DNA from: an uncultured Bacilli bacterium
GTDB taxonomy: Bacteria; Bacillota_I; Bacilli_A; RF39; UBA660
Direction of reading: 5' to 3'
Assembly (NCBI GenBank): GCA_947628965.1
Contig: CANRBV010000003.1
Location: 2,653 to 66,652 of the forward strand
DNA length: 64,000 nucleotides
The first letter of the stretch is position 1. Every line of letters begins with the position of its first letter. Shown here one piece after another: positions 1 through 10,085 of this stretch. The translations under genes and the position numbers were made by a program. The notes under the pieces were generated by a model. It was given only the letters and a program-made list of their open reading frames with translations. It was not told where the DNA came from and did no database searches.

Positions 1-26
1 AAAAGGCATTATATCAAACATTATTA

Positions 27-233
27 ATGAAAAATGAACTAACTAATCATCTTTTTTCAGTTAGTAATGAATGTGAAGAAAGATTAAAAACTTTAATGGA
101 TAATTATATAAAAAGTGATGGAAGACTATCTGAAAAAAATAAAGAAAATAATCAAATTGAATGGGTAAAATTGATGAATAATTATAAGCTAATTGCTGAA
201 GAAATTATCTTAAAGGAGATTGTCTATGTTTAA
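27..233 (+). CDS. Small hypothetical protein immediately upstream of the relaxase; may be a relaxosome accessory protein, but no diagnostic motif was recognised
   Basis: 68-aa ORF 67 bp upstream of the relaxase gene on the same strand. The position resembles MobC-type accessory genes, but the sequence lacks the usual MobC signature. Confidence 0.3.
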   Translation: MKNELTNHLFSVSNECEERLKTLMDNYIKSDGRLSEKNKENNQIEWVKLMNNYKLIAEEIILKEIVYV

Positions 234-300
234 TTTTTCTCATAAGCGAGCAACGTGTCGGTACTCCCACCACATTATTTTGAAAGGCTAAACCTTAACT

Positions 301-1605
301 ATGGCAACAACATCAATTTGGAGTATTAAAAATAATTTAAAGCAATCTATAAATTATATCATCAATCCAGAAAAAACTATCAACGAAGATTATGGGAAAA
401 TAGGAAATTATAATTATCTTGAACTTGATAAAGAATACAATTTTAAGTTAGAAAAAACTCACTATGTAAGTTGTCTAAATTGTGATGAAGATGATCCATA
501 TAGTGATATGGTATTTACAAAAGATATTTTTGGCAAGAAAGATGGAATTCTTGCTTATCATGGATATCAATCTTTTAAGGAAGGAGAAGTAACTGCAGAC
601 CTTGCTCACGAAATTGGAGTTAAGTTTGCAGAAGAAATGTTTAAAGATTATGAAGTGGTTGTAGCAACTCATCAAAATACAAATCATATTCACAACCATT
701 TCATAATCAACTCCGTTTCATTTAAAAATGGAAAGAAATACAATAACAATAGAACAAATCTAGCAAAGCTAAGACATATATCAGATTCTTTGTGTGCAGA
801 ATATGGATTAAATGTTTTAGATGAAGATATAGGCTATAAAAGTACCTTTAATCATAAAGTAATTGATAATGATTATTATAAAACTTTAAAGGAAGATTTA
901 GATAATGTAATAAGTTATTCAGTTACTCTTAGACAAGTAATGGATAGAATGAAATTATTAGGATATAAAACTTATTCTCGTAATAATGTCATAACTATTT
1001 ATAGAGATAATTGCGATAAAGTACGAATTGAAAAAGTATTTGGTAATGAATATTCAAAAGAGAGAATAAATGAACGACTATATTTATCAAGACAAATTGT
1101 ATTTAAACCTATGTCACATAAATCTATATTTGAAGAATATTCTAAAAACAACAAGACTCATAAAGGTATCTATGGCCTATATTTATACTATTGTTATTTA
1201 CTAGGAGTATTTCCAAAGAATCATCCAAAACAATATCTTCCTTATTCTATAAGACAAGAAATAAAAAAGCTAGATGAATTTTCTGAACAAGTTAGATTTA
1301 TGGCTAATAATAAAATTGAAACAATAGAAGACTTGGAAGTTTTCTCTAAAAACAACTATGAAGAATATAGAAATCTTATGGGCAAAAGAGAAAACCTTTG
1401 GAAAAGATACCATAGGGCAAAAACTACCGAAAAACAATCTGAAATACTTTCTGAAATAAATGGTATTCAGCCTAAAATAAAAGAACTTCGTAAATATGAT
1501 AACTATTGTAAAAATATTAAAAAACAATCTGAATCCATACAAGATAACATTAATAATTTTGATAAAAATATACAAAAAGAAAAAGACAATTCTAGGTCAT
1601 TATGA
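301..1605 (+). CDS. Relaxase/mobilization nuclease (MobA/VirD2-like, MOB relaxase family)
   Basis: The N-terminus MATTSIWSIKNNLKQSINYIINPEKT resembles relaxase N-termini that carry the catalytic Tyr. HQNTNHIHNHFIINSV matches the three-histidine HxH-type metal-binding motif of relaxases. The gene sits at the window edge, so the element probably continues upstream of position 1. Confidence 0.65.
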   Translation: MATTSIWSIKNNLKQSINYIINPEKTINEDYGKIGNYNYLELDKEYNFKLEKTHYVSCLNCDEDDPYSDMVFTKDIFGKKDGILAYHGYQSFKEGEVTADLAHEIGVKFAEEMFKDYEVVVATHQNTNHIHNHFIINSVSFKNGKKYNNNRTNLAKLRHISDSLCAEYGLNVLDEDIGYKSTFNHKVIDNDYYKTLKEDLDNVISYSVTLRQVMDRMKLLGYKTYSRNNVITIYRDNCDKVRIEKVFGNEYSKERINERLYLSRQIVFKPMSHKSIFEEYSKNNKTHKGIYGLYLYYCYLLGVFPKNHPKQYLPYSIRQEIKKLDEFSEQVRFMANNKIETIEDLEVFSKNNYEEYRNLMGKRENLWKRYHRAKTTEKQSEILSEINGIQPKIKELRKYDNYCKNIKKQSESIQDNINNFDKNIQKEKDNSRSL

Positions 1606-1619
1606 CTTGAAATTGTCTT

Positions 1620-3257
1620 TTAATTTCTTTTTCCTCTATTATGTCTTCGTTGCACCATAAATTTCCATATTTTTCTAAATTCCAATACTGTTTCTTTTGG
1701 AATTTTTAAATAGTCAATCAAAATTTCCTTATCAATTATATCTAACAATTCTTCGATATCGTTCTTATTTCTAATTTTTTCATCTACTATTTTTAGAAGC
1801 TCGTTTGTTTTATTATCGGAAAGATTATCAATTTTAGGTAAAAATATATTTGATACTTCCTTTGGTAATACTTCTAAAACTCCACCACCATAACTTCTAC
1901 CATTTAATTCAACATAAGCAAAAGTAATACTATTATAATATGATAACAACACTTTATTTTTATTAACACCCTCATAAAAATTAATTCTGTGCATAGTGTC
2001 TGTAGATACTGCATTTATTTTATTCATAACAAATTTAGGATAATTATTACTTCTACGAAGAAAAAATGCATCAGGAATCCAAATAGATGGAATAGAGTAC
2101 CATTTATTTCTGATTTTACATTTATAGCCTTTATTAGCACCAATTTTTTCTCCATACTTTATATACTTTTGTTGTCTCTTACTTAATTGTATGAAATCAA
2201 CATTTTCATCAAAATTTATTAGGTATGCTTTTACTCCTTTATCAACATTAAATTGCCAGTCTTTTTCGTCAAAAAACAAACCATGTGCTTGAGAACTCCT
2301 CCCAATTAAAGGAATAGCAACACTATTTAAATCATATTTATCAACAATTTCCTTATTAACTGAAAAATAATCATTATTACCAGTCGTAATGCCAACATTT
2401 ATTAGAGCCACATCTTCGAACTTTTGAAATTTATTATCGTGTTTAATACTATCAATAAGTGTATTTTGATATTCACTTAAGTAATATTTAGTCCATTTAT
2501 TTCTTTCATTGATTAAATGATTATACTCTAATTTTTCTAATGAAAAATCATTTATGAGATCATCTAAATCTTTAAAAGAACAATTTGCAATATTACATTC
2601 TTTTATAGTGTTGTTTTTTTCGCCTATGAATACAACAACTTCTTGTTCTGCATCATCAAAAACCAAATCATCAAATGAAATAATTGTAATTTTATTTAGC
2701 TCTCTTGATAAATAAGCACGCAAATCTTCTGCATATACTACTTGAAGTAATTCGGCAGGAATGACAAAACCAATTTTTCCATTATCTTTCAATAAATTTA
2801 CACAAGCAACTAAGAAAAAAACCCAACTGTTTATCAATTTATTTGGTATCATTTTATTATCTAATAAGACTTTTGATTGTCTCTTTCGTTGCTTTTCAGT
2901 CAAATATTGGTATCTTATATATGGAGGATTTCCTAAAATTAAATCATATTTTTCTTTTGTAGTTTGATAAAATTTATAAAAATCATCATTGTACAAATTA
3001 ATGTTTTTATTATTTGCAATCAATTTAACACATTTGTCATATTCTTCTTTTACTATCTCAACAGCATCTACTTTTTTATATTTCTTATCTTTAGATATTT
3101 CTAAAATACTGCTTAAAAATACTCCATCACCACAACTTGGTTCTAGTATTTCCAAATCCTCATCATATAATAAAGAAGTTATGAAATTAGCTAATTTTTC
3201 TGGAGTATAATACCCTCCACGTTCCTTTTTAAAGGATATATCCTTTTTTAATTTCAT
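1620..3257 (-). CDS. N6-adenine DNA methyltransferase, gamma-class, Eco57I M-like stand-alone modification methylase
   Basis: Motif X YYTPEKLANFI, motif I EPSCGDGVFL and motif IV GNPPYI are present, followed by a C-terminal target-recognition region. Its 545-aa size, and its position next to a ~990-aa fused REase-MTase, mirror the Eco57I system architecture. Confidence 0.7.
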   Translation of the reverse strand: MKLKKDISFKKERGGYYTPEKLANFITSLLYDEDLEILEPSCGDGVFLSSILEISKDKKYKKVDAVEIVKEEYDKCVKLIANNKNINLYNDDFYKFYQTTKEKYDLILGNPPYIRYQYLTEKQRKRQSKVLLDNKMIPNKLINSWVFFLVACVNLLKDNGKIGFVIPAELLQVVYAEDLRAYLSRELNKITIISFDDLVFDDAEQEVVVFIGEKNNTIKECNIANCSFKDLDDLINDFSLEKLEYNHLINERNKWTKYYLSEYQNTLIDSIKHDNKFQKFEDVALINVGITTGNNDYFSVNKEIVDKYDLNSVAIPLIGRSSQAHGLFFDEKDWQFNVDKGVKAYLINFDENVDFIQLSKRQQKYIKYGEKIGANKGYKCKIRNKWYSIPSIWIPDAFFLRRSNNYPKFVMNKINAVSTDTMHRINFYEGVNKNKVLLSYYNSITFAYVELNGRSYGGGVLEVLPKEVSNIFLPKIDNLSDNKTNELLKIVDEKIRNKNDIEELLDIIDKEILIDYLKIPKETVLEFRKIWKFMVQRRHNRGKRN

Positions 3258-3261
3258 AATT

Positions 3262-6225
3262 TTATCCTTTCATATCAATTAATTTTGTTATATTATTATT
3301 GATCTTTCTAATCAAATCTTCTTTTATTCTATTTGTTAGACTTATACTCTCTGAATTCTTGTTCTTAATTAATTCATCATTTAACTTATTAATTTTTATT
3401 ACATCAGATACTATTTGATTATATATATTATTTTCAATTTCATTTGAAAAATCAATATCAATTATTGGAAGTTTATTTAAAACCTGAGTTCCTCTAGAAT
3501 AAAATCCTCCTTCAAAGTCGCTACCCATACATTCCATAACATTAGTCATTAATGGATGACTTAAATATGCTTGAAGGAAAAATAAATTATATTTACTATT
3601 TTCATTAATTTTAATTCCACAATACCCAGCAGTTCCTCCACTTTGTATAACTAAATTATTATTATCATACATAAACATAGGTTCTTTTGACATTACACCA
3701 ACAATTAACTTTTCTTGATCATTAAATTCAGTCAAAGCTTGAGTTCTACCAAATTGATACCAACTATCTTTAGTAGAATTTGGAACATCTCTTCCTTGTT
3801 TTTTCCCCGAAACTTGTTTTGGAACTATTTCATCATAAAAATCATTTACATATTCTTTGAATTTTTCATATTCATCTAATTTGATTAAATTTCCATTTTG
3901 ATCATAAGGAAATATAATATATTTATCTGTCAATAATGGATCATAAGTCTTTACATTCTTTTCATTTTTTGTTGTCGGTTGAAAATATCTTTTTACAATT
4001 CCTCTTTCGACTTTATATATTTTATTTTCTTTTTCAAATTCAAGATAATCATCATCTATTGATTTTACTTCTTTGCCTTTTATTACATATAAATTATTTA
4101 AACTAGTTTGTACTCCATTAAATGGTGTAGCAACTTGTGAAAGAAATAATGAATTTGCAAATAACTTTTTTAAACTCGCCATTTTTTCTAAATCGGTTGA
4201 AAGAATCCAAATATCAGAATTTATTTCGTTACTATTTATTTTAACATTATTATCATTTATATTATTTAATTTCCACGCTTCATAATTTTGAATATAATTA
4301 TATTCAAAATTATTTGCTTTATTTTTATTAATTAATATTATACATGTATATGTTGTTTTATCTTCAAATATTTGTTGATAATTAAAATCTATTAATAATT
4401 CTAAATATTTATTTTTAGTAATTAATTCTCTAAGATTTTTACCTGAACCAATTTTCATAAATTTATTCGGTATAATATAACATAATTTACCATTTTTATT
4501 TAATAGATTAATCGCTCTCTCAATAAACAGAAAATATTTATCAAATTGCTTATAAGCTGTATAGTATTGTTTTTTATAAATTTCAACTTCCTCTTTGGAT
4601 AATAAATTAATCATATCTTCTGTTTTAACGTATGGTGGGTTACCAATTATCAAATCAAATTTAGAATCGTTATTTATGTATTTCCATGAAAAAGGTTTTA
4701 ATTCCATATAATTATCAGTTTCTTCTGAAATCATATCAAAATCAACTAACGAATTTCCATTGATAATGTTTAAATCCAAGGATGGTAATATTGGATCAAC
4801 CTCTATAACAGATTCTTTGTTTTCATTTTCAAGCACTTTTAACAAAAGACTAAATTTAGCTACTTCAACAGCTTGATAATCTATGTCATTACCATATATA
4901 CATGAAAGTAAAATATTCTTTTTTTCAATATATTTTAATTTATAAGAATTCGTATAAGTTTCTTCAATATAATCAAAACATTTATTTTCTTCATACCAAC
5001 TTTCACAATAATTTATTAAATGCTCCAACAAACATGTAAGAAAAATTCCTGAACCACAAGCAATATCTGCAAATTTCATTTGCTTAATTTCATCTGGTGT
5101 TTTATTTTTAATAACCTTATCAAGAGATTTTTCAGTCATATATTTTACAATATCATAAGGTGTTGTTACTATTGAACGATTCAAATTGTCCTTTTTTGTC
5201 TGTAGTTTAATAGAACCATTTTCTTCAACCAGAGTTTCTGATAAAAATAATTCATATATTTCTCCAAGAATATCAGAACTTATAACAGTAAAATCATACG
5301 GACTTATCGGATAATATAAAGAATTTATCATATTTTTTAAAACACTATTACTAAATATTTTTAATATTTCTTTTTCTTTGAAAATACCTGAATTATATCT
5401 TTTATCGGCCATATTAAATAACTTGCTTAATTCGCTTTGAAGAGTATTTTCATCAAGGATAGATTTTTGCAAAGTTTTGTACAAAGGTAAATCTCTATCT
5501 TCACAAATTCTTAGGAAAATAACCTGATTAATTAAAGTCTGTATTTCCAAATTAATGTTTTTAAGATTTTTTTCTTTTTTATATAAGTAAGTTCCTAATT
5601 CTAATCTCCATTCATTTATTTGATTTAAAAATACATCATCTACATCTAATCCTAAACTGGTATTACTTTCGAATTTTTTATCAAATGTACCATCATAAAC
5701 AGTTTCTCGTGATATTAATGAATATATTTCATCGTATTTATTCAAATAATCTGTATAATGATATCGACCAATTAAGTTGCTATTAGTATTATCATCATAT
5801 TTAGGCATTAAAGTTGAATCGTAAATTACTAAATCTTCAAAATTGGTTAATAACACAATTTTATGTTTTGCAGACCATCCATATCTTCTTGCTTGAAAAC
5901 AGCAAGATTTTTCCACAAGTATATTTACATTTGGTTTTTTTGCTTCAACAAAAAATACTGATTTTCCATTTAATGTCATCGTATAATCAGGTTTCCCCAA
6001 ATCTTGTTCGTACGATTCAACCAAGACTTCCTTATATTGTGGCTTTTTTCCAGAATTATTCTGTACATCCCAACCAAAATACTCAAGTAATTTATCAATA
6101 AATTCTAATCTACATTCACTTTCATTAAAATTTGAACTAATATAATGATCATGATTCTCAGAATATCTATCTATAAGAGATTTTAATTCTTCTTTTGCTT
6201 CTTCTATACAAAATTGTATGCTCAT
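3262..6225 (-). CDS. Type IIG restriction-modification enzyme (fused endonuclease + N6-adenine methyltransferase), Eco57I-like
   Basis: The N-terminal NESECRLEFIDKLLEYFGWDV region resembles the HsdR-N/PD-(D/E)xK-type endonuclease domain of type IIG enzymes. It is followed by MTase motif I FADIACGSGIFL and motif IV IIGNPPYVKT. Size is 987 aa. Confidence 0.7.
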   Translation of the reverse strand: MSIQFCIEEAKEELKSLIDRYSENHDHYISSNFNESECRLEFIDKLLEYFGWDVQNNSGKKPQYKEVLVESYEQDLGKPDYTMTLNGKSVFFVEAKKPNVNILVEKSCCFQARRYGWSAKHKIVLLTNFEDLVIYDSTLMPKYDDNTNSNLIGRYHYTDYLNKYDEIYSLISRETVYDGTFDKKFESNTSLGLDVDDVFLNQINEWRLELGTYLYKKEKNLKNINLEIQTLINQVIFLRICEDRDLPLYKTLQKSILDENTLQSELSKLFNMADKRYNSGIFKEKEILKIFSNSVLKNMINSLYYPISPYDFTVISSDILGEIYELFLSETLVEENGSIKLQTKKDNLNRSIVTTPYDIVKYMTEKSLDKVIKNKTPDEIKQMKFADIACGSGIFLTCLLEHLINYCESWYEENKCFDYIEETYTNSYKLKYIEKKNILLSCIYGNDIDYQAVEVAKFSLLLKVLENENKESVIEVDPILPSLDLNIINGNSLVDFDMISEETDNYMELKPFSWKYINNDSKFDLIIGNPPYVKTEDMINLLSKEEVEIYKKQYYTAYKQFDKYFLFIERAINLLNKNGKLCYIIPNKFMKIGSGKNLRELITKNKYLELLIDFNYQQIFEDKTTYTCIILINKNKANNFEYNYIQNYEAWKLNNINDNNVKINSNEINSDIWILSTDLEKMASLKKLFANSLFLSQVATPFNGVQTSLNNLYVIKGKEVKSIDDDYLEFEKENKIYKVERGIVKRYFQPTTKNEKNVKTYDPLLTDKYIIFPYDQNGNLIKLDEYEKFKEYVNDFYDEIVPKQVSGKKQGRDVPNSTKDSWYQFGRTQALTEFNDQEKLIVGVMSKEPMFMYDNNNLVIQSGGTAGYCGIKINENSKYNLFFLQAYLSHPLMTNVMECMGSDFEGGFYSRGTQVLNKLPIIDIDFSNEIENNIYNQIVSDVIKINKLNDELIKNKNSESISLTNRIKEDLIRKINNNITKLIDMKG

Positions 6226-6394
6226 TTTTACCTCCGTTTACACATACTGCAGTATTTACTAAATTCATTATAACATATAATACTGCAGTATGAATATCTT
6301 TTTTGTGTTTTCATCATTTTTTTACATAATATCAATAACTTGATAGCTTTGTGTGCTATAATATTTTTAGTAAGAAACAGGAGAATTTAATATT

Positions 6395-7582
6395 ATGAAA
6401 AAAAGGCAAGCAAATGATACTATAAAAGGTTATTTTTATCAGTTTAATAAAACAATTTATGAAATTTTATCTCAAAATAATAAAACAGCAAAAATAGTTG
6501 TTGAAGGTATTGAGGATATTGATATAAAAACAGATAATACATGTAGTACTATTCAATGCAAGTATTATTCGAAACAAACATATAATCACTCAGTTATAAA
6601 AGAAGCAATAATTTATATGTTCAGACACTTTTCAAATAACAAATCTAGTAATTTAAGATATAAAATATATGCTAATTTTAAAGACGGACAATCAAAATTA
6701 CCAAGTTCTATGCAATTAAAATTTTTTAAAGATAACTTCTTAACTTACAAAGAAAAAGGAATAATTCACAAAGTATATGAAGAACTTAACTTAAACGATA
6801 ATGAAGTAAAAGAATTTATGAAAAAAATCGATATAGATATAAATGCTGTTGATTACGATACTCTCGAAAGCGATGTTATGGAATTATTAAAAAAAGAACT
6901 GAATAGTTCCAACGAATTAATAGATTTATATTTTCTTAAAGCAGGAAGCATTATAAAAAGTATTGCTATACAAGAAACAGAAGATGAGAGAACTATAACC
7001 AAAAAACAGTTTATTGATAAACTGATGGATGTTAATATTATATTAGACAAATGGTATATATCAAAAATTAGTAAAGAAAAATATTGTGGTTTAATAAGAA
7101 AAAAGTATTTTTCAACTCATAATATATCACCTTACGAAAGGTTTTTTATTATTGAATGCCCTGAAAATACCAAAATATCAACATTAAAGCAAATAACAAA
7201 TGTAATTTCTAATAAATGGTCAAAATTGTCTAAAAGAACTCCACAGCCTTTTTGTCCATATATTATTTTCTCTAATTTAAATGAAGATGAATTATTACTG
7301 CTAAAACAAAGTTTATATAATGATAATTTTAAATTTATTGATGGTTATGATTTTAAAGGTTCTGAATTTTCTGTAGAAAGTATAATTCAAGAAGCTAATT
7401 ATAAAAATAAGATTCAAATTAAAATATTTGATATAGAAGATATTGATAATGTATTAAAGAAAATAAGTAAAACAAAAGAAATCTATCAATTTTATATAAA
7501 CAAAAAGATTTATGACAACAAGAATGAAAATCATGTTGACATTAAAATAGATGACTTAGATGACATTTTAAATATGATTTGA
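6395..7582 (+). CDS. DUF4297-family (Cap4-like) PD-(D/E)xK nuclease-domain protein, partner of the HerA ATPase
   Basis: N-terminal GYFYQF motif, then VEGIEDIDI (acidic) and IQCKY (QxK), consistent with a PD-(D/E)xK core as in DUF4297/Cap4 N-domains. The stop overlaps the start of the downstream HerA-like gene's ORF (ATGA overlap), indicating an operon. Confidence 0.55.
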   Translation: MKKRQANDTIKGYFYQFNKTIYEILSQNNKTAKIVVEGIEDIDIKTDNTCSTIQCKYYSKQTYNHSVIKEAIIYMFRHFSNNKSSNLRYKIYANFKDGQSKLPSSMQLKFFKDNFLTYKEKGIIHKVYEELNLNDNEVKEFMKKIDIDINAVDYDTLESDVMELLKKELNSSNELIDLYFLKAGSIIKSIAIQETEDERTITKKQFIDKLMDVNIILDKWYISKISKEKYCGLIRKKYFSTHNISPYERFFIIECPENTKISTLKQITNVISNKWSKLSKRTPQPFCPYIIFSNLNEDELLLLKQSLYNDNFKFIDGYDFKGSEFSVESIIQEANYKNKIQIKIFDIEDIDNVLKKISKTKEIYQFYINKKIYDNKNENHVDIKIDDLDDILNMI

Positions 7583-7596
7583 GGAGGATAAATTAT

Positions 7597-9240
7597 ATGG
7601 AAGAAAATAAAATAATTGCTGAAGTTATTTCAGTATTACCAAATAAGATTAAAATATCTGTAGATGATATAAATGATTTTAAAATTGCAGAAGAAAAATT
7701 GAAAATTGGTTCATATATTGAAGTTAGTGACAACGATAATTGCAAATTAATGGCAATTATAGAAAACTTTTCTATAGAACTAAAAGGAAATGAATCTAGT
7801 GAAAGAAGATACATTTTAGAAGCAAGTCCACTAGGAATAATAAGTAATGGAAGTTTTGAGCGAGGTGGCGATAACATTTCTATTCCACCAAAAGATGTAA
7901 AACCAGCTAAAAAAGAAGATATAATAAAAATCTTTTCCTCCTCTACAAAAAGTGATGACAAAAAATTTATTTTTTCAACTCTTTCTTCTGATCGTTCAAT
8001 TCCTGTACCAGTAGATGGAAATAAGTTTTTTAACAGACACATTGCAATCGTAGGATCAACAGGTTCTGGTAAATCTAATTCTGTTGCTAAAATATTGCAA
8101 AATGCTATATCATCCAAAAATAGTAATTACTCTGGATTAAATAATTCACATATAATTATATTTGATATTCACTCAGAATATAAGTCTGCATTTCCTAAAG
8201 CTAATTATATTGATATAGATAATTTAATTTTGCCATACTGGTTGCTAAACAGTGATGAATTACAAGAATTATTTATTGATACAGAAGCAAATGATCATAA
8301 TCAAAGAAATGTATTTAAAGAAGCAGTAGTTAATAGTAAGAAATCACATTTTGATGGAGACGAAATTCAGAAAAATAAAATTCATTTTGATTCACCATTA
8401 TTTTTTGAAATCAATGAAATTTTAAACGATGTAAAAGAAAAAAATGAGGAAATGGTGCCAGGTGCTAGAGACATGAAAGCAGGTCCATTAAATGGTAAAT
8501 TAACAAACTTTGTTAGTAGATTAGAAAATAAAATTAATGATAAAAGATTAGAATTTTTATTAGGAGAAAAATCCAAAAACATAACTTTTAACGAAACATT
8601 AAAAAATTTGATTGGATATAACAATGACAATTCTAATATTACAATAATCGATTTAAGTGGAGTTCCTTTTGATGTATTGAATATCACAGTTTCGCTTATT
8701 TCAAGAATATTATTTGAATATGGATATTATTATAAAAAAATACGATTTTCTCAAAACCCTACTGAAAACATAAATAATGATGTTCCATTACTACTTGTTT
8801 ATGAGGAGGCTCACAAATATGCACCAAATAATGATTTGTCAAAATATAAAGCTTCAAAACAATCAATAGAAAGAATTGCTAAAGAAGGACGTAAGTATGG
8901 TATAACACTACTACTAGCAAGTCAAAGGCCTTCTGAAATTTCTGAAACAATTTTTTCACAATGTAATAATTTTATTGCAATGAGATTAACTAATCCAAAT
9001 GATCAAAATTATGTAAAAAGATTATTACCAGATACATTTGGTGAACTTATAAATAAAATGCCTTCTCTTAAGGTGGGAGAAGCATTACTTATTGGCGATG
9101 CTACCATTATTCCATCGATTGTACAAATTGATGAATGTGAAGAAAAGCCGTCATCAAATGATATACCATATTTTGACTTATGGAAAGAAGAATGGAAAAA
9201 ACTAGATATAGAAAAAATTTTAACTGAATGGGTAAAATAA
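7597..9240 (+). CDS. HerA-like FtsK/HerA-superfamily ATPase (defence-associated)
   Basis: Walker A IAIVGSTGSGKSN and Walker B-like LLLVYEEAHKYAP are present. RKYGITLLLASQRPSEI matches the HerA C-terminal motif, and the N-terminal region is HAS-barrel-like. The start is placed at the ATG preceded by the GAGGAGG RBS; the ORF track begins 18 nt earlier. Confidence 0.7.
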   Translation: MEENKIIAEVISVLPNKIKISVDDINDFKIAEEKLKIGSYIEVSDNDNCKLMAIIENFSIELKGNESSERRYILEASPLGIISNGSFERGGDNISIPPKDVKPAKKEDIIKIFSSSTKSDDKKFIFSTLSSDRSIPVPVDGNKFFNRHIAIVGSTGSGKSNSVAKILQNAISSKNSNYSGLNNSHIIIFDIHSEYKSAFPKANYIDIDNLILPYWLLNSDELQELFIDTEANDHNQRNVFKEAVVNSKKSHFDGDEIQKNKIHFDSPLFFEINEILNDVKEKNEEMVPGARDMKAGPLNGKLTNFVSRLENKINDKRLEFLLGEKSKNITFNETLKNLIGYNNDNSNITIIDLSGVPFDVLNITVSLISRILFEYGYYYKKIRFSQNPTENINNDVPLLLVYEEAHKYAPNNDLSKYKASKQSIERIAKEGRKYGITLLLASQRPSEISETIFSQCNNFIAMRLTNPNDQNYVKRLLPDTFGELINKMPSLKVGEALLIGDATIIPSIVQIDECEEKPSSNDIPYFDLWKEEWKKLDIEKILTEWVK

Positions 9241-9330
9241 ATACTGCAAAAGTTAAAAAGTATGTTACAATTTATTTAGTTGATTTAATCAATCTTGGGA
9301 GTATAATTTTTCGAATATAAGTAAAGTTAT

Positions 9331-9468
9331 CGCTCCAATGATGAATCTGTTCGAACTTTTCGAGCATTGATATAAAAGGAAAGCCAATCGAACGATTGGT
9401 ATTTTTTATACATATAAGTTAATTTTGATATCCTTGTCAAAATTCCTAGGGGGTTAATTATTTTGTCA
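9331..9468 (+). repeat. Copy 1 of a ~140-bp direct repeat (GTTCGAAC hairpin + CCAATCG-AA-CGATTGG stem-loop with T-tract + promoter-like segment) ending in the TTG start of the 202-aa ORF
   Basis: About 88% identical to 10086..10226 when aligned by eye. Contains the perfect inverted repeat ccaatcgaacgattgg followed by tatttttt, which is an intrinsic-terminator architecture. Confidence 0.8.
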
Positions 9469-10071
9469 AAAGTAAATAATCGAGATAATACGAATATTAG
9501 ACATTTAGCAGATTATATATTTCATATGGTTAAAAATGAGGATTATGTTGCAGGACATGCTATTTTTAATAGAGATAATTGTATCAATCATACCCTACCA
9601 AATAAAATATTAGAAGATGGTCTAATTATACAAGATGATTCATGCGGCATCGCTTTTACCTCAAGACGCTTTAATTTGCCATATGAAGAATGTTTATATA
9701 ATTTACGTTCTTTTATAAATGATACAGCCAATGCAATAATAATTCTCTGTATTCCTAAAGAATTATTATTTCCTTATGAATCAAAATATTTTATTTCTTG
9801 TAGTAATACTTCTATTGTGCTTGAACCAACTGATAAATTATCAAGTGATTACCATGACATTTATGGTAACCCAACACATATAGCACTCTTACCATCAATA
9901 TTTATATTAGGATATTTTGATATACAGAACAACGAATTTGTTGAGAATTCTAATTATGGATTCAAAGATAATTGTCGCAATGCAAATATATCTAAGTCAA
10001 AGCCATATTTGGATAAAAAATATGAAGAAATATTAAAACAAAATCAACAATGTTTAATAAAAAAGTTGTAA
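9463..10071 (+). CDS. Hypothetical cytoplasmic protein (202 aa), function unknown, flanked by the direct repeats
   Basis: ORF with a TTG start embedded in the end of repeat copy 1. No recognisable motifs. Rich in Cys, Asn and Ile. Confidence 0.45.
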   Translation: MSKVNNRDNTNIRHLADYIFHMVKNEDYVAGHAIFNRDNCINHTLPNKILEDGLIIQDDSCGIAFTSRRFNLPYEECLYNLRSFINDTANAIIILCIPKELLFPYESKYFISCSNTSIVLEPTDKLSSDYHDIYGNPTHIALLPSIFILGYFDIQNNEFVENSNYGFKDNCRNANISKSKPYLDKKYEEILKQNQQCLIKKL

Positions 10072-10085
10072 ATATCTTCCACAAT

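Noticed and set aside
27-233. Calling the first small ORF MobC
   Set aside because: Only its position supports this. The characteristic MobC sequence signature was not seen, so it is kept as hypothetical.
475-699. Small antisense ORFs inside the relaxase, R-M, HerA, mfd, gyrA, gyrB, dnaA, mnmE and parB genes (for example 475..699, 1270..1575, 7593..8117, 51644..52177, 55873..56241)
   Set aside because: They overlap strong, motif-bearing genes on the opposite strand and have biased low-complexity composition. They are spurious.
9241-9250. Additional half-copies of the ATACTGCA operator motif at 9242 and 17511
   Set aside because: Only 8-mer half sites are present. That is within the frequency expected by chance in 64 kb of AT-rich sequence.
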